Assembly (NCBI GenBank): GCA_015680685.1
Contig: MNCI01002612.1
Coordinates: 69,051 to 133,050, forward strand
Source: Gnetum montanum
Taxonomy: Eukaryota; Plantae; Gnetophyta
Direction of reading: 5' to 3'
DNA: 64,000 nucleotides
The notes below the pieces were generated by a model. The model saw nothing but the letters and a program-made list of their open reading frames with translations, had not been told where the DNA came from and did not search any database. Each line of letters starts with the position of its first letter. Positions within the stretch are counted from its first letter, which is position 1. The position numbers and the translations under genes were made by a program. Below are positions 10,832 through 21,444 of the stretch, in pieces.

Positions 10832-13531
10832 TCAATCATCAGATGATGATGATGCGGTTGCCACCTTTTCCGCATTTTCCCACATTAAGACAAGGCTGGG
10901 CGAAACATCCGCATAAGCGCGAGCGGCGGCCTGCATCGACGGTGGCACAGACGGCGGCATTTCAGGAGGCTCTTTCATTCCCTGAAGCAACTGCAGCACC
11001 TCATGCATTGTGGGTCTGGCACCTTCCTCTTCTTGCAAGCAAGCACCACAACGCCATGCACGCCACCCTCCTCACTTGTGCCTCCTCCACGCTCGCCTCA
11101 CCTGCCAGTCGCCCGTCCAACACTGACATTGCATTTCCAGATGCGATTTCCTGTGCCGCCCTGGCCGCGAAGAAGCCGCTCGGTGCCACACCTCCGACAT
11201 TGCGACGGCCTGCGACGATCTCGAGCAGCGTCATTCCGAAGCTGTAAACGTCAGCCTTGGCGGTGAGGGGCTCACCCGACAGCCATTCGGGCGCCCATAA
11301 CCACGCGTGCCGCGCATGGTCGTCAGCGCCTGGCTGAAGTCTCGGCCCAGAATCTTGGCCAACCCGAAATCCGCGACCTTGGCGCTGAATTGGGCGTCCA
11401 GAAGAATGTTCTCGGTCTTGATGTCGCAGTGGATTATGCGCTCTCGGCACTGTTCGTGCAGGTACTCCAGCGCGCGCGCAGCGCCCACCGCCACCGCGAA
11501 TCGCGTCTTCCAGTCAAGCCCCGGGCCAGCGCGGAATAGCCACGACGCCAGGGAGCCGTTGGGCATGAACTCGTAGACGAGCAGGCGGTGGCTGCGATCA
11601 CTGCAGAAGCCGAGCAGGCGTACAACGTTGAGGTGCTGCAGCTGCCCAATGGTGGCTACCTCGGTGCGGAACTGCTTCTCGCCTTGCATGCTGCCACCCT
11701 CCAACTTCTTCACCGCCACCTCCGTCCTCGCCGCGTCCGCCAGGGTCCCCTTGAACACCGACCCGAACGCGCCGCCACCGATGCGCTGCGAGAACTCCCG
11801 CGTGGCCACGCGGAGCTCCTTGTACGAGAACACTTTCAGAGAAGCAGGCGAAGCCAACCCCCTTTTCTTGGCTTGCCTGCGCCACAAAACCCAAATCGTG
11901 ACCCCCGCCAGCAGGATGAATCCGGCGGCACCGCTGCTTGCATAGAGTCCCGCTTTCCGGAATGTGCTGCGACTGCTGGGCGAATTAGGGATGTCCCTTG
12001 AGTTAAGACGCAGAAACAGTGAGACGTCGTAGGTGCTACTACTGGCATCCTTCCGAAGATTGAGAAGGTCACCGAACCAGAGGACGCAGGATCCGTTGGT
12101 GGCGAGAGCGGTGCAGGAGCAGCTGGCCAGGCATTCGTCTCTGCACGACCCAGCCGAGATTAATCCTTTCTTTGTTATCCCACCGGCAGGCAGCGATTGG
12201 GCGTGGAGCTTGACGAATCCGTCGCCTTTTGCGCAGGCAAAGGGGGTATTGCGGACTCAGCCGGCAGACCAGTCCCGGGCATCCCACGCTCTTTGGTAGC
12301 GGGGCCGGTAGCCGGTCAGGCAGGAGCAGGCGCCGCTTAAGTTATTGCTGTTGCACTTGGCGAAGGCGCCGCAGGCAGCATACACATTGCAGGGCTTGTG
12401 AGGCGCCGTCCAGTCGACGCTCCACCGGCCACTGCTCCAAAGCCCGAGCTCCTGCAGCTGAGCTGGCCACTAGGGTGCACCTGTTCGCGTAACAGAATGT
12501 TTGGCTGACGATGTTCTGCGTATGAGGGCACGAAATACTTGTAAGAACCAAGATCAACGAAGCGATATTTGAATGGGCTATAAACCGAGGTCATCTCTGG
12601 GATCTTGCTAAATTTCTGGCCCTCCCTGTCCCACACACCAGAGTCCCAGTACAGAACGGAGCCGTTCCAGGTTAGCTGAAGACTGCCGGCAGGACTCAAG
12701 TGAAAGCAAAAGGGTCCCTTGGCAGGGTTCCACAGCGATTTCCACGCGCACAGACTCAGGTTCGTTGCAATTTTCATTCCGGCAAGCCATGTGTTTCCCG
12801 GCTCGTCAAAGCTCTGCCACAGCACCTCCGATCTGCTCCCCGCAGCCACCAACACCAGGTTTCCTAAATGTCCAGAGAAAATCCATCGATTTGAATCAGG
12901 AATAAATAATTACAACTTCAATGGTTTACTTGTTGGTACTGAGAGGTACTTTATATAACTAAAGTATTACGCCTTATCTTCGTAATAATGCTTCATTTCA
13001 TAATTAAAGAAAAATGCTTTAGTTTCTTTAGATTCCTAAAGTAAATAATACATAAACAAGGAACACTGCAGTTTTTTAAAATATTGATGAGCTTGGGTTC
13101 CAATAAAAACTAAACCCACCGTCGTTCTGCATCACGACTGCGGCGGCACGTTTGAAGGAAGACTTGGTCGACCAGACAATGGAGTCGTTGCAGATGAGTT
13201 GCAAAGATGATCGCTTTGTAATTGAGAGAAACGTGGAGGATAGAAGGTCATCAGAAACAGGACTGTCCCTGTTGGCAACCCATGCCACAGTAAGAGGAAC
13301 GGCGTTGGCGTACCAGATTCCAACGTACCATCTGGGGCGGCTGCTGCTGTCGTCACTGAGATTGAAAAATCCGAACACGAAATCACCGCTACTGGATGTT
13401 ATGGTGCTCTGGGCTGAGAAGGTTTCTCCAGAGACGATACGGTCCGCTACAGCATGGCATGGCTTCCACAAAAACAAAGATGGCTACAGCAGAAGAAAAA
13501 GCAAAGCAGAATAAGCACGTCCTCTGGACAT
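10832..13531 (-). pseudogene. G-type lectin S-receptor-like Ser/Thr kinase (SD2-like, non-RD): signal peptide, B-lectin, SLG/EGF, PAN, TM, kinase; disrupted
   Basis: Motifs FVFGFF, WYVGIWY, VAWVANRD, LWQSFDEP, CNVYAACG, GGGAFGSVFKG, VAVKKL, HCDIKTENILLD, DFGLAK, APEW, KADVYSFG. Lesions: TAG at codon 16, frameshift near 12450, TGC>TGA near 12257, 1-bp loss near 11297, 4-bp GCTT duplication near 11040. Confidence 0.92.
12864..13119 (-). other. 256-bp phase-1 intron inside the B-lectin domain
   Basis: GAC G|GTGGGT...CATTTAG|GA AAC CTG GTG. Removing it restores the conserved NDGNLVL motif. AT-rich against GC-rich exons. Confidence 0.85.
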
Positions 13532-13612
13532 TGCGGTTGCAGAAAAGAGCAGAAGCAAGCCAACGCTTTAAGGACAGCCGACGAATGATGATCTGAACCT
13601 CTGAACCTCAAG

Positions 13613-13946
13613 GTGTTAAATAGGGTTGTCCTTGTCCCATGCCCAGCTCACACGGCAAGAAATTGTAAAAGAAGAGCTTCAACTGCAATTCAGTACGTCG
13701 ATGAGCCCCATACTGGTTCCGGTGTGGCTTTCGTTGGTTGTTGTGTGAAAAGAAGCCATACTGTATAATTTTCTATGTTCCTACCGTGGATGGTTTTCTT
13801 TGCAAGTGAAGTCAAGTCAAGGCATGTGAGGCGGCCTAAATTACATGGTCATTGGTGAAGAGTGCCATAGTCTTTCAATCTGGGGATAGTTCACTGGTTC
13901 AACGATCAGTGGTCAGATGAGAAGTTTTGTTGATCTGAAGAGTCAA
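13613..13946 (-). promoter_or_regulatory. Putative kinase promoter: TATA-like CTATTTAA and three W-boxes (TTGACT)
   Basis: CTATTTAA on the minus strand ~85 bp upstream of the ATG; AGTCAA at 13810, 13815 and 13941. Confidence 0.4.
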
Positions 13947-14524
13947 GTCTTAGCATGATTTTTATGATAAACTTTATTTTTATAAATAAGGTATTATTTT
14001 TGCTATTTTTAAATTTGATTGGTCTCGAAAGATTTATTGCAATTCTTAAAGCATGCCACTCCGATGTATTTTTCTAATGTTGGTGTCACCGGTCATTTTA
14101 GCTTAAGCATCACGGTATACATTATTCCAAATTTCCAGTTGTATCGGAAAGCCCTTGCAGACAGAATGAACCCATCTTTAAAAACGCGGCAAATAAATCT
14201 TCTCGAAACCAAGGCCAATCAGGAAAAAAACATCTTTACACGTGGTTTAAAAAAATAAACCAGTCGCCCGAGTTAACTCGGCTCCACTGTCATTTCAATC
14301 CGACGACTCCAGCCAAATGACCCCAAATCGCCCCCTTAAAAGACAGCCACACACGAGGCCTTGTCTTCTTTTGTTTTTGTTTTGGGTTGAATATCATGTT
14401 CAGTAGCCGGTGAGCAAAGACGAGCGGAGTGTTGATGCATGAATTCAACGACCATTTAAATGATAGTGTCCACGTGGTAATCCTGGCAATTCTTGGCTAC
14501 TTTAATGGAAACACCACTGCCCAT

Positions 14525-16289
14525 TGAAACACCCTAAAAAATGAAGGGTCATCCTTATTGAAACACCCTAAAAAATGAAGGGTCATCCTTACTTTACCAG
14601 GATCTTGCAGTCCGCACAGCACGATGGCAGTTCATTGGGAGAAGAACGTTCTAAGTCCAGGTCGACCAGTTCGGCAAATTTTCTACTTTGAGCATGGACA
14701 GGTTCTGTACCATCCTACCCACCCACCAAAGTAGTCTAAACAGCTAACAGCCTGCTCAGGAACAACGTGCAGAAGAATCGGCGATAGCATCCTGGATGCG
14801 CAAGAAATAGTTCAACAAGTTTTCTAAGTCATGAAGTCTGCTACGCTATGCTACACTATCTAGCATAGCAAGCTTCAGAAAACGATGGTGGAACGAAGTG
14901 CTACGCTACGCGACGTCACACAGCGTAGCATGGCAAGGACTTCACTACCCACCCCCCTCGCCCAATTTCGAGTTCTGCAGTGATGTTCTTTTTCGTCAAG
15001 AAGTGGCAGACCATGTCTGCTGCTACGCTATGCTGAGCTACATGGCGTAGCAAGGCATAGCAATCCTGCAGAAGAGACAGAAGGCAGTTTGAAAGGCGAA
15101 GTCAATGAAGTTCACAAGACTTGCATCGTAGGAGAAAGTTTGCAAATCGACGAAACTCTTGCGACTAAGGCAAGTTGCTACGCTACGCTACGTAGCGTAG
15201 CAAGCATGTAATAGATAGCAGAACGTGCAACAAGGTGCTACGCTACGCCAAACACGCTACGTCACAAAGCACAACGAAGCATGTAGGTGGTTGCGCGACA
15301 TCAATGCACTCCACCTAATTGGACCGTTGCCACACATCCCCAGACGTTGACGGCGCGATTACGACATGGTAGGATCGCAGTTATTGCATGGCAAGTTCGC
15401 ATCGCAATGGTTTTGTAGGCCCAACAGTCATAGATGACTCGAGTGGTGCCAGTAAGACAAGGCAAGCCTACGACACGTATCATTCAAAAACCGCCCCTTT
15501 CTACTTACCTTCAGCCCTATAAATATCCTGGCAAACAGCATATAACAGGTCGGCAATTTTTAGAGGTACCCGCAATTTGGAAAAGTCCACAATTTTTAAA
15601 ATTGGCAATTGCAAAAGCGTTTGCATCTTTCTTGAAGCAAACAGCTTCCAAGTGGTGGGAACTTTGAAATTCTAAAACAAAGATCTCCCTTCTCTCCAGC
15701 ATTGTAATATCGAAGTCATCTATCTAAAGCTGTAAACAACGACCCTCTCTCGGCTGGCGAGAGATCCCTATCTCTGTTCTACCACCTTGGTAGAGACACG
15801 CATTGTTTGTACGCAAATATGCGTCCAAGCGCATAGCTCTTTTTGCTCGGCATGTCCTAATTACTCTTGGGATTTCTGTACTCCGTCGTGCTATGCAGCT
15901 GATTGTATCCACCCTGATTGGACGAGTTTGTAGCTTTGGAGTGGTGCATGTTTCTAACCATACTTTACTTTATTTCCCATTTACTGTCTCATTTCTTTGC
16001 ATTATTTTCTATTTTGTTCACCTTTAAGCATTATTTCGTATTACTGTTACATTTTTACAATTTCTCTCTTGCTTTATTTACCTGTAAGCACTATCTCGCA
16101 TTTCGCATTATTTACGTTGCAAAAGGCTATATTAACGTCGACGTAAGTCCCTATCTGATTGACTAGACTGTTCAGGGCACCCCGTGTCTGCACACACCCA
16201 ACAGTGCCCTCCCGCAGATACGGGGTTGGAATTGTCACATCTGCCAACCCCCAGCGTTCTTCCAGCCATCAACATTTTCGGTCGCTACA
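14525..16289 (+). repeat. 5' LTR of Tat element
   Basis: TGAAACACCC...GTCGCTACA, colinear with 36660-38392 (about 10 percent diverged by eye). TATA CCTATAAATA near 15516; GCTAC/GTAGC repeats. Confidence 0.95.
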
Positions 16290-16295
16290 ATTTTC

Positions 16296-16313
16296 TGGCA
16301 CTAGAAGGAGGGG
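16296..16313 (+). promoter_or_regulatory. Primer-binding site, tRNA-Asn(GUU) type
   Basis: TGGCACTAGAAGGAGGG has one mismatch to the complement of the plant tRNA-Asn 3' end (CCCTCCTTCTAGCGCCA, recalled, not searched). Confidence 0.8.
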
Positions 16314-16344
16314 CTTTTGGTGCCTTTTCTACGTGTCACGGTAG

Positions 16345-17212
16345 TTCTGTGAGCCTTCTGCACCTTGATACACATGAGCGTAAATGTGACACCCTCTTAC
16401 GGTTGTTTGCGTTCTATGCAGTGTAGATCGGTCGCCTCGATGATACCTCTAGAACCCTACGGAACACAAGGCCTCTGATCGCTGGTTAACTAGCTCATTC
16501 TACGATTGTCTTGCATACATTCTGAACCCCATCTCGTGTGGTACAGACTGGTCACCTTGATGATCCCTTCGGGATCCTGTGAGACATAAAGCTTTCTTGA
16601 TTACTAGCTAGCTTGCCCATTCTACGGTTGTCTTGTTTGCGTTTTGTACCCCATCCAATGTGGTACAGACCGATCACCTCGACGGTCCCTTTGGGATCCT
16701 ACGAGACATAAAGCTTACCTGGTCGCTAGTTAATCTGCTTGCCTTACGGTAGTCTCGTACGCCTTCCACACCTTAGCTTGCATTAGCGTAGACTTGACAC
16801 CCATCTGTGGTTTACGCGTCGTACGGTGTAGATTGGTCGCCTCAACGGTTCCTTTGGAACCCTACGAGATAATAAGCCTTCCGACGACGATTTAACTTGC
16901 CTTTCCTTTTTACAGTAGTCCTGCACGCGTTCTGCACCCTAGCTAGCGCAGGTGAAAACGTGACACCCTTTGAGGTTGTTTACGCCTTGTGTGGTGCAGG
17001 TCGGTTGCCTTGACGGTCCCTCCAGGATCCTGCAGGACATAAAGCCTTCTTGATCATTTGTCAACTGAACTTACCTTATGGTAGTCTTGCACGAGCTCTG
17101 TACCTCATCACGCACAGGCATAGACGTGACACCCTCTACGGTTGTTTACGCTTTGTGTGGTACAGATCGGTTGCCCCGACGATTCCCTTGGAATTCGGCA
17201 AGACGTAAGGCC
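16345..17212 (+). repeat. Diverged tandem repeat in the Tat 5' UTR (6 units, ~120 and ~165 bp periods)
   Basis: Core GTGGTACAGAYCGGTCGCCTCGACGGTCCCT..GGATCCT.CGAGACATAAAGC recurs near 16420, 16538, 16660, 16825, 16990 and 17157. Confidence 0.8.
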
Positions 17213-17286
17213 ACCCTTTGTCGCTTTTTTTTAATCCTTCTGTTCTTTTGCACTTTTTCATTTTTTGCATAATCACTTGCTTAGCA

Positions 17287-20200
17287 ATGGCTTTTGCCAC
17301 CACCGCTGTTGACACCTTCAACACAGAGGTGCCCTTCGCAGTCCAAGGCACTACTGGTGCCGAACAACGGCTGAATCCAACGCAGGAAGCATGCAGGTCT
17401 CTCAGAATCCAAAATCGAGGACCTGAGGGACTGGCCCAACAACACAAGCATTATAGTTTCCTTTGTGCAAAGGTGCAGGCTAATTTGCCCTTGGATTTAC
17501 ACGAACTCGAAGAAAAACGTAACTTCAAGTTTGCTTACTGCAACAAGGAGGAATTCGTTCCTACCTCGGGCATTTCTTTGCCTTTAACGCAAGCGTACCA
17601 AAGGCTTCTAGATCAACTAATCCAAATGACTAGGCTTAGGGAGCAACAAGACACAACGTTCAACTAGGATGATGCCTTTCAAGACGGGCAGGAGGAACTC
17701 AATTCCCAATTTGACGAGGGAGGTTAGGCCAACCCCATTCTCGTCCTGCCTACCCAGTCCTTCTGGGCTAACCCCATTCCCGTCCTGCCTACCCAGTCCT
17801 TCTGGGCCAACCCGTTGTCTGTCACCACCCCCTTTATTATTACGCCTACGCTTCAGCAGCCTACAACCGCAACTGCAATGGGTAGCCATGCTACATTCCA
17901 AGTGCATCATCACCTCCATTCCCCAGTTGCGCTTGCAGCAACTGTGCCCTTGCAAGCCGTTTATCAGCATGCTCCCACGGTGCGCAACATGCCTATCACG
18001 GCTGCCCTACCGCATATCCATACAGTACCTACTTTGCAACTGCACATAACTCCTACGTCGATTCCTACCTATGCATCTGTTCCACTCACTATGGTGGGCC
18101 TGGGGCCATCCACATGGTGGACCCCTTTCGCTTCTTCATCTGTTCTACAACCGTCGCAGATGTCTCACTATGTTCGCCCTCAGGCCTACCCGACCCTGCA
18201 AATGGTACATCCTGGCACAGGGCCATGGTCTGTCCCGCCAGTAACCCAAACGGCCTATCCAGTGACTCAACCCGCTATTACCACTCCAACAATACCACCC
18301 ATCAGGTGGTGGACAACGTAAACAACACCTTTAGCAGGGGCGGTTCCAATGGCACCCTTGATGGGTCAAATCGCCACCGCCATCATACCACATGTGGGAG
18401 TTGCCTATGCAGTCCCTTAGCCGTCTATAACACTGTCGGGTCTAGACCAAGCATTTTAGCTCATCCAGACCCTAACTGAGGAAGTAAAACGCCTCAAAGC
18501 TGTCGGGTCCGATACAATACAAGTCATGGACTTCTATCAAGACGACCCCATCAACCCTGAAATTCCTGCTTTGATGTTGCCACCCAGGATGTCCCTCCCG
18601 CACTTCATGAAGTATGACGGGGAAGGGTATCCCAATACCCATCTCATCACTTTCCGATTAGAGTCTTTGCTATTACAACAGTGGCCGCATACGATCATTC
18701 ACATCTTCACCATGTCCCTAGTTGGGAAAGCCCTAAATTGGTACCGCGCATTGCCACGTTCATCCATTTCAACTTTGGAAGAACTCTTGATCTAGTTTGT
18801 GACATGCTTCAAATATAACTTGAAGCCAGAAACCACACTGGATCAGCTGATGGGCATGAAACAAGACCTACTAGAACCAGTCCAAAAATTCATTCAACGT
18901 TCGAGCACGACACTTAACAAAATCCGTGAGCCCATCACGGAAGCTCACTTGTTAGCCATCTTTAAGGATGCGGTGAACAACTTCATCAAGTCCAAAATGT
19001 ATTACCTCGTTCCACGCTCTCTTAGCCAAGCTTTTGCTCAAACGAAAATCATACAAGATGCGGCCAAGGCGAGCAAAGACCCAGCCTACATCATTTACAA
19101 GAACAGCTTTGCAAAAAAGGACAAGGGTAAGGCCCCAACAACCATGGTGGCTACTGTGGCAGCTGAGGCCAAGCCCAAACATAGTAACAGCGGAAGCAAG
19201 AATAATAAGAAACCGTCCATACCTGTGGCTGATTCTGCACCCAAACTAGGCCAAGCATCACAACCTGCCGCACCTGCACCCAAGACATATGCATATACTA
19301 AACCCAACTTCGAGCACAAAGATCATTCGAAATACACCCCACTGCCTCTCAAACCTTCATAACTCTTGAAGCAACTATTGGTAGTAGGATACATCCAACA
19401 CAAGGAAATGTCAGAGGAAGCAAACATGAGACATTGACGCTACTGCGAGCTCCTTAGGAATCCCTTTTTGGCCCTGCCCAATAAGCCTCCGGTTCCTAGG
19501 GGTTTCAGGCTAGATAGGTTTTGTGACTACCACCAACTATGTGGTCACACCATGGATTATTGTCTGTCGTTGCAAGATGACATCCAAAGATTAATCGACC
19601 TAGGAAAGCTGGTGTTGGATGAAAGTAACCTAGTGTGCCCTGAAAATCAATTTATGTATGTCTACACAGATCCCCTCAACGCCAATAATGCCAATTACGT
19701 AATCAACGCCATTGGTATTGACAATGGTCCCACGCCACCCTTCCAGCTGTTTTTGATTCATGTGTCTCAGCATAGTGCACCAATACCACCAATGGTTGGT
19801 CCAAGTTCGCAGTCGCCCTTCATCTTGAAAGTTCCACCATGGGCATCTACCTTTGCACCGCCTGTTGGTGAGGTCATGCGACCCCGTTAGTCACCACCTC
19901 TAGCTCCATTCATCATTAGGGGGCCAATGTCTTCGACAGCCCCCATCCTGTACAACAACATTAAACAACCTCCTTGCCCCATAAGGCAAGAATCCTACTT
20001 GGTGGGCAAGGCATCGAAGGGGAATACCGTCAAAATTGTCTCCAACCCTATGTCTTTGCCCCTTGTATTTACACCTTCGTCACCAAAGATGAAGGTCGAC
20101 ACAATTACACAGCCTACATCACCTTGCCGACAAAGATCCAAACCTAGGTTCAAGGCCGTCTCTCCTCGAGAGATTCATCTTCTAGGACGAATTGAGGAGG

Positions 20201-21132
20201 AGGAAAGTGTCAAACAGGCAAGCGGCCAAGACTTCTTGGATGCCCTCACCCTGGTCGGGTAAGCCCTAAGGCAAAAAAATGCTACATTGAGCTTGTACGA
20301 CCTAGTCGTGACATCTGTACCTCACCGCGAGGCCCTAGTCCGCATGTTAGCGGTGATTCTGAACGATGAAAACATGCGAGGGAACAATAAAGCAATCCAC
20401 TCGGTCATACTCCCCTCTATACCCACAGAGTCCGCAGTACCTCAATTAACTTTCAACAGCCACACCATTAAGAAAGATCTTTAAGGGGGTCAAGTGACTA
20501 TGGTGCCTCTCTTCATCACAATTCGGGTCGGCTGACATCGGATCCGAAGGGTACATGTCGATGATGGGGTTGCCACAAATGTCATTTCCTTCCCTATTAT
20601 AGATAAGTTGGGATTGTTCAACCAGATCAAACCAAAGATGACATCGTGTCTGCAGTCCTTCAATGGGACATGCATCTTGGTGAAGGGTACAGTTCATGTA
20701 AACTTCGTAGTAAGGGACCAGTTCCCCACAGACGCAGCTTTTGTCATGGTCAAAGAAATGCCCGAGTTTAACCTGATATTTGGAAGATCGTGGTTAGCAC
20801 AACTTAGGGTTGTCTCCTCGTCTATACACCAGGAAATCCACTTACCATATGCAGGTAAAGAGGTGATAATCCATGGCGACGGGGTAGTAACACAAGCAAT
20901 TAGCAACGTAGGCATGGAATAGGGTTCAGAAGTTACAACCTCTGAAGATGAAGCACCTGTTCATGCATGCATTAATCATACAACGAAGGGATTGGTCCAA
21001 TGAGCTGACCCTTAAATCGAAAATGCATGGTGTGAGTTGCGCTTCCAAGCAAAGGACAGTGTTATGAGCAAGGGCCTAGGCAAAACTCCTCGACCCTATG
21101 TTCCGATCAACCCACGAAAGGTCAAGAGGTAG
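17287..21132 (+). pseudogene. gag: Tat gag-protease, degenerate
   Basis: Gag core LPHFMKYDGEGYPNTHL...SLVGKALNWY; Zn knuckle FCDYHQLCGHTMDYC; protease VHVDDGVATNVI...FNLIFGRSWL...SSIHQ; short GLGK (G-patch-like) tail. 39-bp in-frame duplication near 17728-17810; many stops. Confidence 0.9.
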
Positions 21133-21444
21133 CTATGCATAGCATAGAAACCTTGTGATCTCCCACCCAGTTGCTATCCTTGCATATTCTCCATTTCCTT
21201 GTCTCGTCAATATGTTGTCCTTTCAACATGCTACGCTAACGGCCTGAAATGGCCCAAAACTAGCAATGGCCTAAAATGGCCTAAAACTAGCATATGCGAG
21301 AATGAGAACTTTACATAACACATAAGTTAATACAAAACTGATTTCCTTTCTAAATTTTTTCATTTCATTCAAAATTTTTTCCCATTGGCAATGTTTGTAA
21401 AATTTTCAAAATTTTTAACAAAAAAAAGGGGGGGTCCCATGTTA

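Noticed and set aside
10804-12958. Many overlapping plus-strand and alternate-frame ORFs
   Set aside because: Shadow ORFs expected from GC-rich kinase coding sequence; no independent motifs.
15301-16426. Small ORFs repeated at 37537-38419, suggesting a duplicated gene
   Set aside because: They recur only because both lie in the paired LTRs.
16345-17212. Hammerhead ribozyme or retrozyme in the 5' UTR repeats
   Set aside because: No conserved CTGANGA...GAAA core was visible across the units.
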